Source: Lingula anatina
Taxonomy: Eukaryota > Animalia > Brachiopoda
Length of the DNA stretch: 64,000 nucleotides
Direction of reading: 5' to 3'
Assembly: GCA_051362555.1 (NCBI GenBank)
Contig: CM120646.1
Location: forward strand, 20,646,001-20,710,000
Shown in pieces: positions 12,707-23,513 of the stretch. The translations under genes and the position numbers were made by a program. The notes beneath the pieces are model-generated. The model saw only the letters and a program-made list of their open reading frames with translations. It was not told the origin of the DNA and searched no databases. The first letter of the stretch is position 1. Each line of letters opens with the position of its first letter.

Positions 12707-14041
12707 CTACATGAAAGGATTCATGCCCGCTATATATTTCCTGGCGGCTCGAGGAGCGGGACGACCCCTCTCATCAGCTAGCCGTATTACCGTGTTGAGA
12801 ACCTCTTCCACGCCGGATATCTCCATGACAACGCTGTCCCTGTCGTTATGATGCAAGCCCACGTGCAGCGTGTCCGGGTCGCGAACCAGAAGAGAGACGG
12901 GATAGAGGAACGGGTAGTAAATGTGGCGGTACACGGGAACCGAGCTCCGTAGGAAGTCGTCTCTCAGTTGGATGTCCTTGCTCATAAACGTGATCTCGTA
13001 AGACTCGGCGTTAAACAGCAACATATGGTTGGTGTACTTCAAAGGCGATTTCGGAGATACGCTGGTCTTGGTCCACTTTGCGTGCACGATGGCGACATAG
13101 TATGGCCACTTATAAGGGACAAATTGAGTAGAACCTCTAATCAAAGGAAGTACTTGATGGCCCGCATTTACCTTAGAAATGCTATTTGACGTTTGCCGAA
13201 ACATACATTCCCCGTTGGTTTTACAGTGGAGAAGCACCGTGGGTTCAAGGGAGTAAATAAAGAACAGTTTGTCGTCCTTGACCAAAGGTGACCAGTTTTT
13301 CTCTCTGCAGCGAAACTCGCCGTTCATCGCTCGAATTCGGCGAATCTGATGTGTGTCCAGATTATATGTGTACAAGGCGACATTGGTGATCTTGTGCTCG
13401 CAGGTTCTGTTAGTGGGTAAAAATTTATTAAAAATCACCCAAGGACTACCTGCGTAGTGATACACTCTCGGATCTTGTGGTCCTCCATATGTCTGTATTA
13501 TTGGTGCTGGGATGCCAAGTATTCTCGGTTTGGTTTTCGGCGTGTAATTTGTGTGCAGCCTTTGGTGAACAAGGTAGTTTTTGTTAAGAACACTTTGCAT
13601 TTGGGCTAGTTTGTTGTCTTTAGTCTTTACCCATACTCTGTATACGAGGTCGATACTGTGGCCGTTCGCAGACGACATACCTGGTGACATTACAAAGAAC
13701 TTATCCACCAGTTCGGTATCGAAGAAGGATTCCACTTCTTCGCTGCTAAATTTATGGACAACTGAGGTTGTTATGTTTGTCGTTACGTCAATGAATTTCT
13801 CGCCTGTTTTAAACACTCTCCCATGGAGCGTGTATCTCTTATAATATTCCTTGGTTAAAGACCGCTTCAGTCTTAGGGGGTCGATTTTTGAATGCTCGGG
13901 TATTTTGGATCCTTCTTTACAGACAGCTAAATATCCGCTCCCTCGTTCGTAGTTCAGTTGATAAACAACAATTAAAGTACAGATGGAAATTAAACAGAAG
14001 ATATGTGCATTCCGTCGTATCCATCGTCTCATTCGCAACAT
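12707..14041 (-). CDS. Type-II membrane GT91/GH130-like beta-propeller glycan enzyme; paralog B
   Basis: 444-aa uninterrupted ORF with an Arg-rich tail, a TM segment (IFCLISICTLIVVY) and RLKR. Motifs GGPQDPRVY, CREKNWSP, IRGSTQFVPY, PFLYPVSL and DPDTLHVGLHHNDRDSV are colinear with paralog A over the full length. A 5'-UTR acceptor (tttcag) ends at 14091. Confidence 0.8.
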   Translation of the reverse strand: MLRMRRWIRRNAHIFCLISICTLIVVYQLNYERGSGYLAVCKEGSKIPEHSKIDPLRLKRSLTKEYYKRYTLHGRVFKTGEKFIDVTTNITTSVVHKFSSEEVESFFDTELVDKFFVMSPGMSSANGHSIDLVYRVWVKTKDNKLAQMQSVLNKNYLVHQRLHTNYTPKTKPRILGIPAPIIQTYGGPQDPRVYHYAGSPWVIFNKFLPTNRTCEHKITNVALYTYNLDTHQIRRIRAMNGEFRCREKNWSPLVKDDKLFFIYSLEPTVLLHCKTNGECMFRQTSNSISKVNAGHQVLPLIRGSTQFVPYKWPYYVAIVHAKWTKTSVSPKSPLKYTNHMLLFNAESYEITFMSKDIQLRDDFLRSSVPVYRHIYYPFLYPVSLLVRDPDTLHVGLHHNDRDSVVMEISGVEEVLNTVIRLADERGRPAPRAARKYIAGMNPFM

Positions 14042-15197
14042 GCCTTCGGCAGAACAGCAGTTTGATCCAGAGTTTGGAGAGGATATACTCCTGAAATTAA
14101 AACATTAAAAACATGCATGATAACCGTTAGGCCTTAATGTAGCGAAAACTAAAATTTTATGGCGATTATCGACATTTATTTCACAAAGGTAAATCATATC
14201 CAAACCCGTTCAATAACTTACTCTCCATAAATCAGTTTTTAAGTTTCTAGTCTTTGTGTCTCTCTTGCAGCGGAGGTACATGTAGATGCTTGTGACTTCA
14301 CTTAAAGCAGTAAAAAATCAAAACTTAGAAATGCGCGTGTACTAAAAAAAGTGCCTGTACTCTCTAGATCACTGCTTGAGAGTCGCCACGTTTTTCTTTT
14401 TTCTGAAGTTAAAGTATATATTTGGTAGTAAAATATTTCGTATTTTTAAATTCTTTACAATGCATAAATAATTCAACTTACACCATATTTTCCTCCTCTA
14501 CCAACAAATGTTATTATTGTAAAATCGGGTCATAAACTGCCATACCTTCGTCGGTAACGTAATAGCCTATAACAGGTCTCAGCAATTAAATAGTAAAAGA
14601 CAATTGAGCCAGTGCACCTTTGTGTATAAAGCTGCCCACAGCTTTCCACCTAAAATGGCTGTATAAACAACCACAAGTAGTACAGGATCGTAGCCGTTGT
14701 TTATTTTACTTATTTACTTATTTTACTTAAAGGCAGCGGGGCAAGTGTCAGTATACGTACAGGTGATTTATGAGCGCGCACGCCTGTGTGGACTTAGCTG
14801 CTAGGGTTATTGGCCTGTAGACGCTGAGTAAATATAGAAGAAAGTAATAAGGGTATGACGTATTTGGACCTTTACGAAGTCTTGAAGATAGAATTGGAAT
14901 TAATTGTGCAGATTTGTCTTGTTAATGGATATAGAATGTGACCCTGTCCCGCAGATTTTCCTCTGCGTGTTTTTGGCGAAAAGCTGGGTGTGTATCATCA
15001 AGGCAGCTAATTCAGAGCCCAGGCCTACCCAGCTACCAGACTTGGCACCTAAGGATCCTGAATTAATCGGTATATCGGACTACACTACCCATTTTCAAGG
15101 TGTGTGTCAGATCGAATTTCGGAGTATCATACCCCAGAACAAATTTTGTAGGACGACCGCGTGCTCATCCACGCTCGGCTGTCACCTTGATTGGATA

Positions 15198-15217
15198 GTG
15201 GTGGTGGTGGTGGTGGT

Positions 15218-15253
<36 letters not shown>
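15198..15253 (+). repeat. (GGT)n followed by a 36-nt poly-G tract
   Basis: Direct reading. Confidence 0.9.
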
Positions 15254-17097
15254 CGCTGGGTAGTCGCCCTTCTAATCGGACCCGCTTTTGAAACTTTAAC
15301 ATTTTCGGCCCCTCGTCCATTGTTTCATAAGAGGTTATTTCGTGAGTTTCGTGTTATGTTCTACATTATCTTCTCTCATCCTCGAAAAATATGTTAACAC
15401 CACATACATGCATGCTGCAGCATTGTCTGTTTAACATAACAGATGTATACATTTTCACATGTACACCGATGACATCAATTCAAGTAAGGAACTAAAATGT
15501 TTATGCAGCCGATGTGGCATAGATAATATACCTTTACTTTTGAACACACACGTATATTAATATTTCAGAGACTTCAAATAACCCGGTCTGCAGCAGCTGG
15601 TATTTCTTTCCATTGCTGCATTCAGTATCCGTATTCCGCCATAAGCTTTCAAAACACGGTCTGCGTACATGGAATTTTAATGTGTATTTATTAGACAATC
15701 ATATGCCTGGAAATGTTTGCTAATCATCAGGCCCTGCGCGGTATAACTAACGTGTCACTGAGTTGACAGCGTGTGAAGTCAAGGCTTGCTTACGTGTGCA
15801 GTGCTCTTTTCAGTCGGTGCTTCGTTTCAGCGGTGGCTAGGTTTTGGAGGGATCTGGACTTTCTTAGAAGGTAAGCAAAAAATCGTTCAGTAAATTTACT
15901 AGAATAGACTGATAATATGATGAGGTGTTTCATGTAATCAATCGCCGAATCTTAGTTTGTGGGTATCCGATCAGAAGTAACGTAAGCATAGTGATAAGTA
16001 ATGTAAAAAAACTGAAATCTCTTCATCTGTGTGTGTCTGTCCGAAAGGACAAGGTTGAACAAGGAACTTACTGAGCGGTTCGACAGTTTAGGCAGGTTAT
16101 TGCATATTTTGTAATTGATTATATAACGTATGATATTTTCTTTTTAAAAAATAAAAGATCTTAATTGATTCACAAAAGTGAAACATGTAAGAATCTTGCC
16201 ACTAAAAAGAAATGGGAAAATGCAAAGGCAAATCATAAAAACATTTCTTACATTTGAAAAAAATATTATTAACATTTGGCTTTATTGGAGTAGGGACCAC
16301 CCCCAGTAAAAACACATTTAGTGGTGCATCCCGGTTCCAGTTCACCTTGCTTACGCTGTCCATCACGGGATTGTCAATTACTGGGTTCGAAATCGACAGT
16401 TGTAGCACAGAAATAACGGTATGAGTAGTCTTCAGTCGCCGTTAATATGGCTGTCTTAATACATTACTACAAGTTAGTACAACGACCAGTATGAAGTAGG
16501 AGGATATCCAAGAGATATTACCATAAGTAACTTTTTAATAAGCTCTTAAAATGGTCATTAAGCTGGACCCTATAAAAACTGCACGTTGATATATGGCAAA
16601 CTTATCATTTTACTGCAATATGTGTGGGTTTTTGTTTAAATTATTTAGTAGCTGAAGATGCAGTTTAAACTTAATTATAGATGTATACGTACATCATTTA
16701 TTTATGGCATATCGATTTGGTTCCCACATAATTGTTCAAACTCATCTTCATATATCAAACGGAATCAAGTATGTTGATCCATATACTAATGACACTCTGT
16801 TTAAGAATGAATAATTGAAAAATTTGTTCAAAAGAGCAAAGGTCGAGTCTTAAAATCTACGGTACTCCGTGTGCGTGTAGGCAAATATTTTCAGCATGAG
16901 ATTGTGAAATATCCACCCTTTCCAATAATAATAATGATTATAATAAATCGCGACTGTTTCTGTCTGCATTTGGTATACTTGTGTTAAAAGCTGAGAGTAT
17001 ATGCTGCCCTAAGCATGTTTATAATTACACTAAAATTAGGCCATTGATCAAGCACATTATATTTCTGGCATAAATGACGTCACATACTACATGTACA

Positions 17098-17331
17098 TCA
17101 GGATTATTTGAAAGGGAGGGGCGGTCCTCTGGCATGGGGTTGGGGCCCGATGAAGGGCCCCGAAAAAAATTGGTATGTTAGAGGGCGAGTGGTGCCATTT
17201 GATGCGGTTTAGAACTATAATTCAGCTAGTCAAAATTCTAATTTCAAGAGTGGACCATTGGTGTGAGTTTTTAGAAATCGAAAGTGGGGTCAGGACCACC
17301 CTGACCCCCCCCCCCCCTAAATCCACCACTG
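17098..17331 (+). mobile_element. Second copy of the 2563-2818 element
   Basis: Shares the internal blocks and the 3' end aaatccaccactg. Confidence 0.6.
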
Positions 17332-17479
17332 TCATTGTGTGAATGAAATGCCCCAGTACAATGTACGTCATGAATCTTTGCCTTCCCATGTATGACATGA
17401 TTAAACGCTGGTGAAGTGGACATCGTGTCTCTCTTTGCTTTGATTTTAGCAATGGTATGATCTATATTTACAGGTACAA

Positions 17480-18601
17480 ATGGCGGATAAGGACCACAAT
17501 AAGAAAAGTTTACCAACACGCTGTATAGGCGCTGTGGGCGAGTTGAAGTTCACCCGGAAGTACGCCCGTCAGATGCGCACAGCCTCCACCATTGGAGCGG
17601 TAACACTGTTTATCCTCGTTATCTATCTATACACGACATCTGATAATCCAGTTGCAGTCGAAACCAAGTCAGTATCGGACGAGACTCTTCAGCTTCGGAA
17701 GTCCTTTTGGTCAAAATTAAACCTCTTTAGTTCGAAACATGAAGAGGAAGGTGAAGATGACATCCCCGAACCCAAAGAAATTGAAGATATCATACCGACG
17801 CCCATGCCAGGCCAACCGGATATAATGATCACCGGACCTCCCCGCTCGGGCACGACCGTTATAGGAGGGGTGGTTGAACTAGCCAAGGAAACGCGCACCA
17901 TCCACGAGCCAATGAACCTGGATGCTTACAGGGACCCGTGTAATCTGGGTAAAAAGCCTCGTGTATACAGACAACTCGACATTGACCTGGACGTGGACTT
18001 AAACGCATGGAAAGATTATTTCAATAGGTTTTTTGTCAACTGTAGAAATGTCACAGAAGGTCCTAAACCTAGACTCGTTTTGAAGGACCCAATTGCTTTG
18101 AAATATGCTGAATGGCTGGGAAACAGGTACGGGCTTTTGATAGTGGTCAAGGTCAGACATCCGGGTGCTTTGCTTGGAAGTGACTGCGCGCGTGCTTCAA
18201 GATGGTCCACCTACGTCTGCACAGACGACATTGTTGATCGATACATACAAATGAGGCACTTTCAGATGCAGCTTCTAACAGATTTTTACACAAAGTATAA
18301 GAATAGCCCAAACTGGTATTTCATGCGCCACGAAGCATTTTGCTTGACACCGGTGGAAGAAACGGGGCGATTGTTTGAATTTCTCAAGCTGGCCTACACG
18401 GATGAAATAAAGGCGGAAGTAACAAAAATGACAGCTGCAGACAATCCTCAAAATTCCGCCAAGTACAAAGAAATTTATCTAGACGCCAAAAGCCAAATAG
18501 ATAACTGGAAACAGAGACTGACACCATCTCAAATTTTACGAATAAAGAATGAAACGCAGTATTATTGGAGAGCTTTAGAATACAGTGAAACAACTTGGTA
18601 A
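17480..18601 (+). CDS. Type-II membrane PAPS-dependent sulfotransferase (Sulfotransfer_1/3 fold); paralog A
   Basis: 373-aa uninterrupted ORF with a TM segment (IGAVTLFILVIYLY). It has the 5'-PSB loop ITGPPRSGTT, HEP, LVLKDP, the 3'-PB motif VKVRHP..LLGS, MRHEAF, and IDNWKQRLT near the C-terminus. A splice acceptor (tttacag, 17473) lies 6 nt before the ATG, with a candidate upstream donor ag|gtaagc at 15871. Confidence 0.9.
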   Translation: MADKDHNKKSLPTRCIGAVGELKFTRKYARQMRTASTIGAVTLFILVIYLYTTSDNPVAVETKSVSDETLQLRKSFWSKLNLFSSKHEEEGEDDIPEPKEIEDIIPTPMPGQPDIMITGPPRSGTTVIGGVVELAKETRTIHEPMNLDAYRDPCNLGKKPRVYRQLDIDLDVDLNAWKDYFNRFFVNCRNVTEGPKPRLVLKDPIALKYAEWLGNRYGLLIVVKVRHPGALLGSDCARASRWSTYVCTDDIVDRYIQMRHFQMQLLTDFYTKYKNSPNWYFMRHEAFCLTPVEETGRLFEFLKLAYTDEIKAEVTKMTAADNPQNSAKYKEIYLDAKSQIDNWKQRLTPSQILRIKNETQYYWRALEYSETTW

Positions 18602-20489
18602 TATGTGTATATGTCAGACAATGGTTTTTTTCTATCAGTGTGTTTCTATCGTGGTGTAATGTCGTCGGAATCTAGAGGGTTTATATGTGATTAAACAAAA
18701 CGGTAGACTGTATACAGTGCATGAAGATACTTTCAGATTCGTAAAAATATATATGGTTAAATTTTACAACCTGTCAGCTGCAGATATATGTGCCTAAAGT
18801 TATCGTTTTGAACACGGGTAAACGTACAGGCGACGAATGCATTTCCGTAACTGTCGTCGATCACGCTGGCTGAATGTATGTACAGTAACTGCATGTAGCA
18901 ATTATATCTCAATAAATATCAGTTGGACGTCTCAAACAATGATATGCCTACGGTTTATTGTACATTCTGATAACGTACTGTATTTTAATCTTTTAGTGTC
19001 TTTCTCTATTAATTACATAAAAAGCAATGTGTTTCTTAAGATTCTTAACGTGTTTTTACGTATGAAGCGTAACGTTTTGGGCTTCCCCACAAGGGTATGG
19101 GTGATGAATTGTTAATGTGATAATATGCTTTCTGAGGAAGGAACACGTTAAGATATTCTGGAAACGATTCACCTTTATATTATCATTGCACAAGAGACAT
19201 TGGAATACCTTTTTGAACTTATCAACTTTATCCAGAATTTCAATCAGTTTGTATTTAAATGTTTGAAAATCTTTGAGAACCTAGGAAATCCTTTTGGTGT
19301 GAAGTGGTGGAATTGGCTCTCCCTGGATAGCTTTATGATATTCACATTCCATACTCCTTTAGGCCTTTTGCAGCTAGATGACGAGACGTTGACTTTTTTA
19401 ACTGATCTTGCTGTCCAGAATTTTTTTTTACTGGAGAGCAAACTCTTCAATAAGCAAAAGTAGTTAAAATCTAGTCATCTGGCAGCAAAAGACTTATTTC
19501 CCATTGAGACTGAAACAAATGCCAAAAGACAGACGAACACCAATAGCTTCCACAGTGCATATTGTGGTACTTTCAGTTGTAGTTTCCGCCTAATAAAGGA
19601 GACTTAAATGTCATAATGGACATTCACCTGTATATGATAAGATCAAATTGTCACTGCTGTCATTTGACCGTCTTATTATCCTAGAGATCACTGACTGACG
19701 TGGGGGGTCGAAATACCATCAGGTACTCACTGACCAATGTCACGCAATCGTTGTCTAGAAGATTCGGACGAGTGTCGGTTATTTTTCTAAAGTAAGAATT
19801 GTATACCATCACTATATTCAATAATAAAGACGTGGTTAACTGGATGCAGCGGCGATTAAATTCGGCCCACCATGTGACCGTATTATGACTGCAAGCCATC
19901 TTAGCAGTGAACGGTGGAGACCGACGTCACATGCTTTCGACCAGTGTATACATGTACTGTATCACCTTAGGCTGAAAACAATGTTAAAACAAGGGGAATC
20001 TGTCACGGCGTGTATGAATCATGGTAGATAAAGGAAATAAATAATGTCAGAAATTGTGTAAAAGGACTCCTGTTGAGTCATCGAATGGTCAACACGTGAG
20101 CATCGTAATGCTTGACCGTTGCAGCGTCTCTGTTGTTTCATGTGTCTCATGCCAAACGTCTGTTTAAGGAGCCAATGCTATAAAGACATAAATTGCGTTT
20201 TTGATCATACTCCCCCAACTGGACTACGTTACAAGTGCATTACAGTGCTTAACAAGCAGCCATGAGTACATGGGAAAAGCTTTAAATTCGAGTTTTGTTT
20301 AGGTCTTATATGGCTCGTGCAACGTCCTTAGGATTAAAGACCTGTTAGAGGAAACATAGTTCATAAGTTGGGTGCAATTAAAATTTACCGAAATGTGGCA
20401 GAAAACCTGCAGGAGTCAGACTGACTGTTGATTTGTAAGTGGATGTCTTTTGGGCAGACGCGTTTTTTTTTCACAAAAGTCATACGAAA

Positions 20490-21527
20490 ATGAGGATCCT
20501 GTACATTTCCAGAACAGGAGCCCTAACCTTTATAGCATTGTTTTTTTATACATTTGCATGGATTAAATTAAGCAACGATAAAGTCAAAAAGAACGTTTTT
20601 TCAAAAGAGAAATTTCACCTTCGGCGATACTACTGGGAACGACTTGACTCTTACAGCTACAGCTACAAAATGTCGAACACTCTTGACATCCCAGAACCCA
20701 TCGAATTTGAAGATGTCATACCACCACCCATACCCGGTCGCCCTGATATTTTGGTCACAGGTCCTCCGCGTTCGGGAACAAGCATTATAGGTCACATCCT
20801 CTCTCGGGCAACGGATACACGTCAAATTTACGAACCGATGAATTTGGGCGCGCGTGAAGACGTTTGCGGTGTCGGTAAGAAGCCGAATGTCTACCGGAAA
20901 CTAGACATAAATGTTGATATCGACTTGCACGGTTGGGAGCACTATTACAACCGCTTGTTTCTGGATTGCAGGAATCTCACTCACGGTTCCCACCGCAGGC
21001 TGATTTTAAAGGACCCCATAGCTCTGAAATACGCAGACTGGCTGGGAGGAAGGTACGGACTGTTGGTAGTGGCCAAAGTCCGACATCCGGGTGCTTTGGT
21101 AGCAAGCGACTGTAGGCGTATGTTGAATTGGTCTGCGTCACCTTGTACCGACGAGTTAATTGAACGAGTCATGCACCAGAGACATTATCAACTGAAGCTG
21201 CTTGTACAGCTCTACAGAACATATGGAAATAATCCAAAATGGTTGTTTATGCGCCACGAAACCTTCTGCAGGGCGCCCGTGACGGTAGTTAAACAGTTGT
21301 TTAGCTTCTTAAAGCTCGAGTACCACCCTGGTATAGTAAGTCATGTGTTGAAGATGACGGTGACAGGCAGTTCCAAGCCCAGCACAGGTTACAAAAAGCT
21401 TGTATTGAATGCCAGAAGCCAGATAAATAACTGGAAGCTTTACCTCACAAAGGCCCAAAGAAGTCTGCTGAAGAACAGTACGGAATATTACTGGAAGACT
21501 TTCGGTTACACGGATTCTAGTTGGTAG
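20490..21527 (+). CDS. Type-II membrane PAPS-dependent sulfotransferase; paralog B
   Basis: First ATG at 20490 (the track start 20439 is a GTG), giving 345 aa. TM segment ALTFIALFFYTFAWI. Motifs VTGPPRSGTS, YEPMNL, LILKDPIALKYADWLG, KVRHPGALVAS, MRHETF and INNWK are colinear with paralog A. Confidence 0.9.
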   Translation: MRILYISRTGALTFIALFFYTFAWIKLSNDKVKKNVFSKEKFHLRRYYWERLDSYSYSYKMSNTLDIPEPIEFEDVIPPPIPGRPDILVTGPPRSGTSIIGHILSRATDTRQIYEPMNLGAREDVCGVGKKPNVYRKLDINVDIDLHGWEHYYNRLFLDCRNLTHGSHRRLILKDPIALKYADWLGGRYGLLVVAKVRHPGALVASDCRRMLNWSASPCTDELIERVMHQRHYQLKLLVQLYRTYGNNPKWLFMRHETFCRAPVTVVKQLFSFLKLEYHPGIVSHVLKMTVTGSSKPSTGYKKLVLNARSQINNWKLYLTKAQRSLLKNSTEYYWKTFGYTDSSW

Positions 21528-22024
21528 CTTAAATTCACTTTAAAGCTATCATCATAAAGCTGCTATTGGCAACACTCCATATAAATACTGGTTAATACCC
21601 TGGAAAGTGTGATAAAAATACAGATCTACTTATATTATATCACGAGATAAAGAATTTTAAAAAATTATTTGTAGTACACGTAAACTGACAGTAACTTTTA
21701 GTATCAAGGAACCTTACCGTTCCTCGTGGCTTTTTATTGCTTACAACATTTTACAAAATATCAGATTTAATGTACACTCTGTATCGGCTGTGCGTGGGAA
21801 ATAAAAATATGTAAGCTTTAACACATTAAAATAAAACAAGGTTGGTGTAGCGTGAGTCCCCTTTCCATTTGATCCGTATAGGTTAGGGTTAGCATGACGT
21901 GCATGTGTGTGTGTCAAATCTTGGACAAGACTTACATGTACCTGTGTCTAAATCCGGACCAGGCATTTCAGCGGACGCTCAGTCACGTGATACCAGACAC
22001 ATTAAGCCTAATTACGATATATTT

Positions 22025-23513
22025 CTACTTTGTAAGGAGCCACAAACATGCAACCATATGAAGAAAGTTGCGAGAAAACCACTGGGAATCAAATTGTTTT
22101 AACACTGCGTTATTTGCGTTGCATAAGTTTTTGTCGTTGCAACAGAATGTGCACATAGATGGCGCTGTGGGACAGTTTCCTCCAAAATTGATCTTCTCCA
22201 GTTTCTGGCACTCACCAAGGTTAATGCAGCCCTATATTAAATAAATAAAAGTGGCAATGAAATCATCAGTAGATAAGTAAGAATATTCTACTATTTCGGT
22301 TGACGCCTTAATATTTCTAATAATCGCAATAATACCCGCCACACTCACATGTAGGTACATGTACATGTAGGTGCCTAATTGCATTAATTCCATAAAATAT
22401 GGATTATTTACAAGCGTCATCTGATATGTTTGTGCTTATAATTGAACCTTGCGACTGAGGTTTGAAATCTACGAAAATCACTCCGTTTTATTATTTTTTT
22501 AATTTTTACCTTCACAATTTTAGTTGATCTCCATTTCTACACGTCTCTCTCTCTCTCTCGTAACAGTCCTAGCCTTCAAACACACACACGCACATACACA
22601 CACACACACACACACACATACACACACACACACTATGTTACATTATAGATACCCGGTACCAGTATACCCTACCTTATAATATTTCTTATGGAAAGATTCC
22701 GACCTCATCATCCTGGTGTAACATGCGTTCTCATGGACTCCAGTACATTCTATACTTGAATTATTACAAGCCTCGTTACTAAAGTTCCAGTCGCAGTTGT
22801 GACAACGAATTCCCCGCACACCTGGAGACCATGATATAATATTAATCCAGGAGCTTTCGATATAGCAGTAACATATTTTCCTTCTGGTTTTCCCCAAAGG
22901 GGGCTTGTTAATTCCATAAGGAAATTTACACATTGTTTTCATTTTGTAATACATTATAAGTTTCGCTTTTTTCTGTTATTTCTTCTACACAAAACAACGC
23001 TTTGTTTATCTGTACTTTACTTAAATTCTATATCATCAAAACACATTCATCCGTGCTGACGGATTCAGAATTTCAACGAGGGGGTGGTGGGCCTGTGAAC
23101 TATGTCACTGAAAAATAAAAAAAGCTTAGGAAAATTTATTCAACGGTACTTACAGGCACGTCTAATGACGTTATCTTTACTTTTATTAGGGGTTGGTGGG
23201 GTGGGTCATCCCGACCACCCCCTACCCTCTTCCAGGGCCACAGATTGATTTTTCACTACATCTTGACGGGCATGTCTACGGCTAATTCAGGGCACAACAC
23301 AAACGTGGACATAAATTACCAGTCAAAAAGTTATTAATCCGCGCTTAACCTTACAATTTTTATTAATCTGTTACATGTACGCACAGTTTCTCATGCTGTA
23401 TTTTACAATGCAAAGCGTACAGTATTCTTACCTTGCGCCAATAATATCCACGTAAATATAACCACCAGAAGGCACAGTGGACCTCGTTTAGATTGTTGAT
23501 AACCTCGCAACAT
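22025..23513 (-). CDS. Ly6/uPAR (three-finger, quiver/sleepless-like) protein, probably GPI-anchored; 3 exons, 145 aa
   Basis: Exons 23513-23432 (signal peptide MLRGYQQSKRGPLCLLVVIFTWILLAQ), 22821-22673 (GVRGIRCHNC...C...C...CYT...YYK) and 22231-22025 (GC...C...C...CTFCCNDKNLCN plus a hydrophobic tail). All junctions are GT-AG with phases 1 and 0, and the CCxxxxxCN signature is present. Confidence 0.88.
22546..22632. repeat. (CT)n and (CA)n microsatellites in Ly6 intron 2
   Basis: Direct reading. Confidence 0.9.

Noticed and set aside
14904-15397. Poly-Gly ORFs
   Set aside because: Produced by the (GGT)n and poly-G tract.
20439-20489. 17-aa N-terminal extension of sulfotransferase B
   Set aside because: Starts at GTG. 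The eukaryotic context favours the ATG at 20490.
8148-21527. Microbial contamination as the explanation for the intronless cluster
   Set aside because: The genes are spaced kilobases apart with host MITEs and microsatellites between them, have TM anchors, three of four show UTR splice acceptors, and they are contiguous with intron-rich animal genes.
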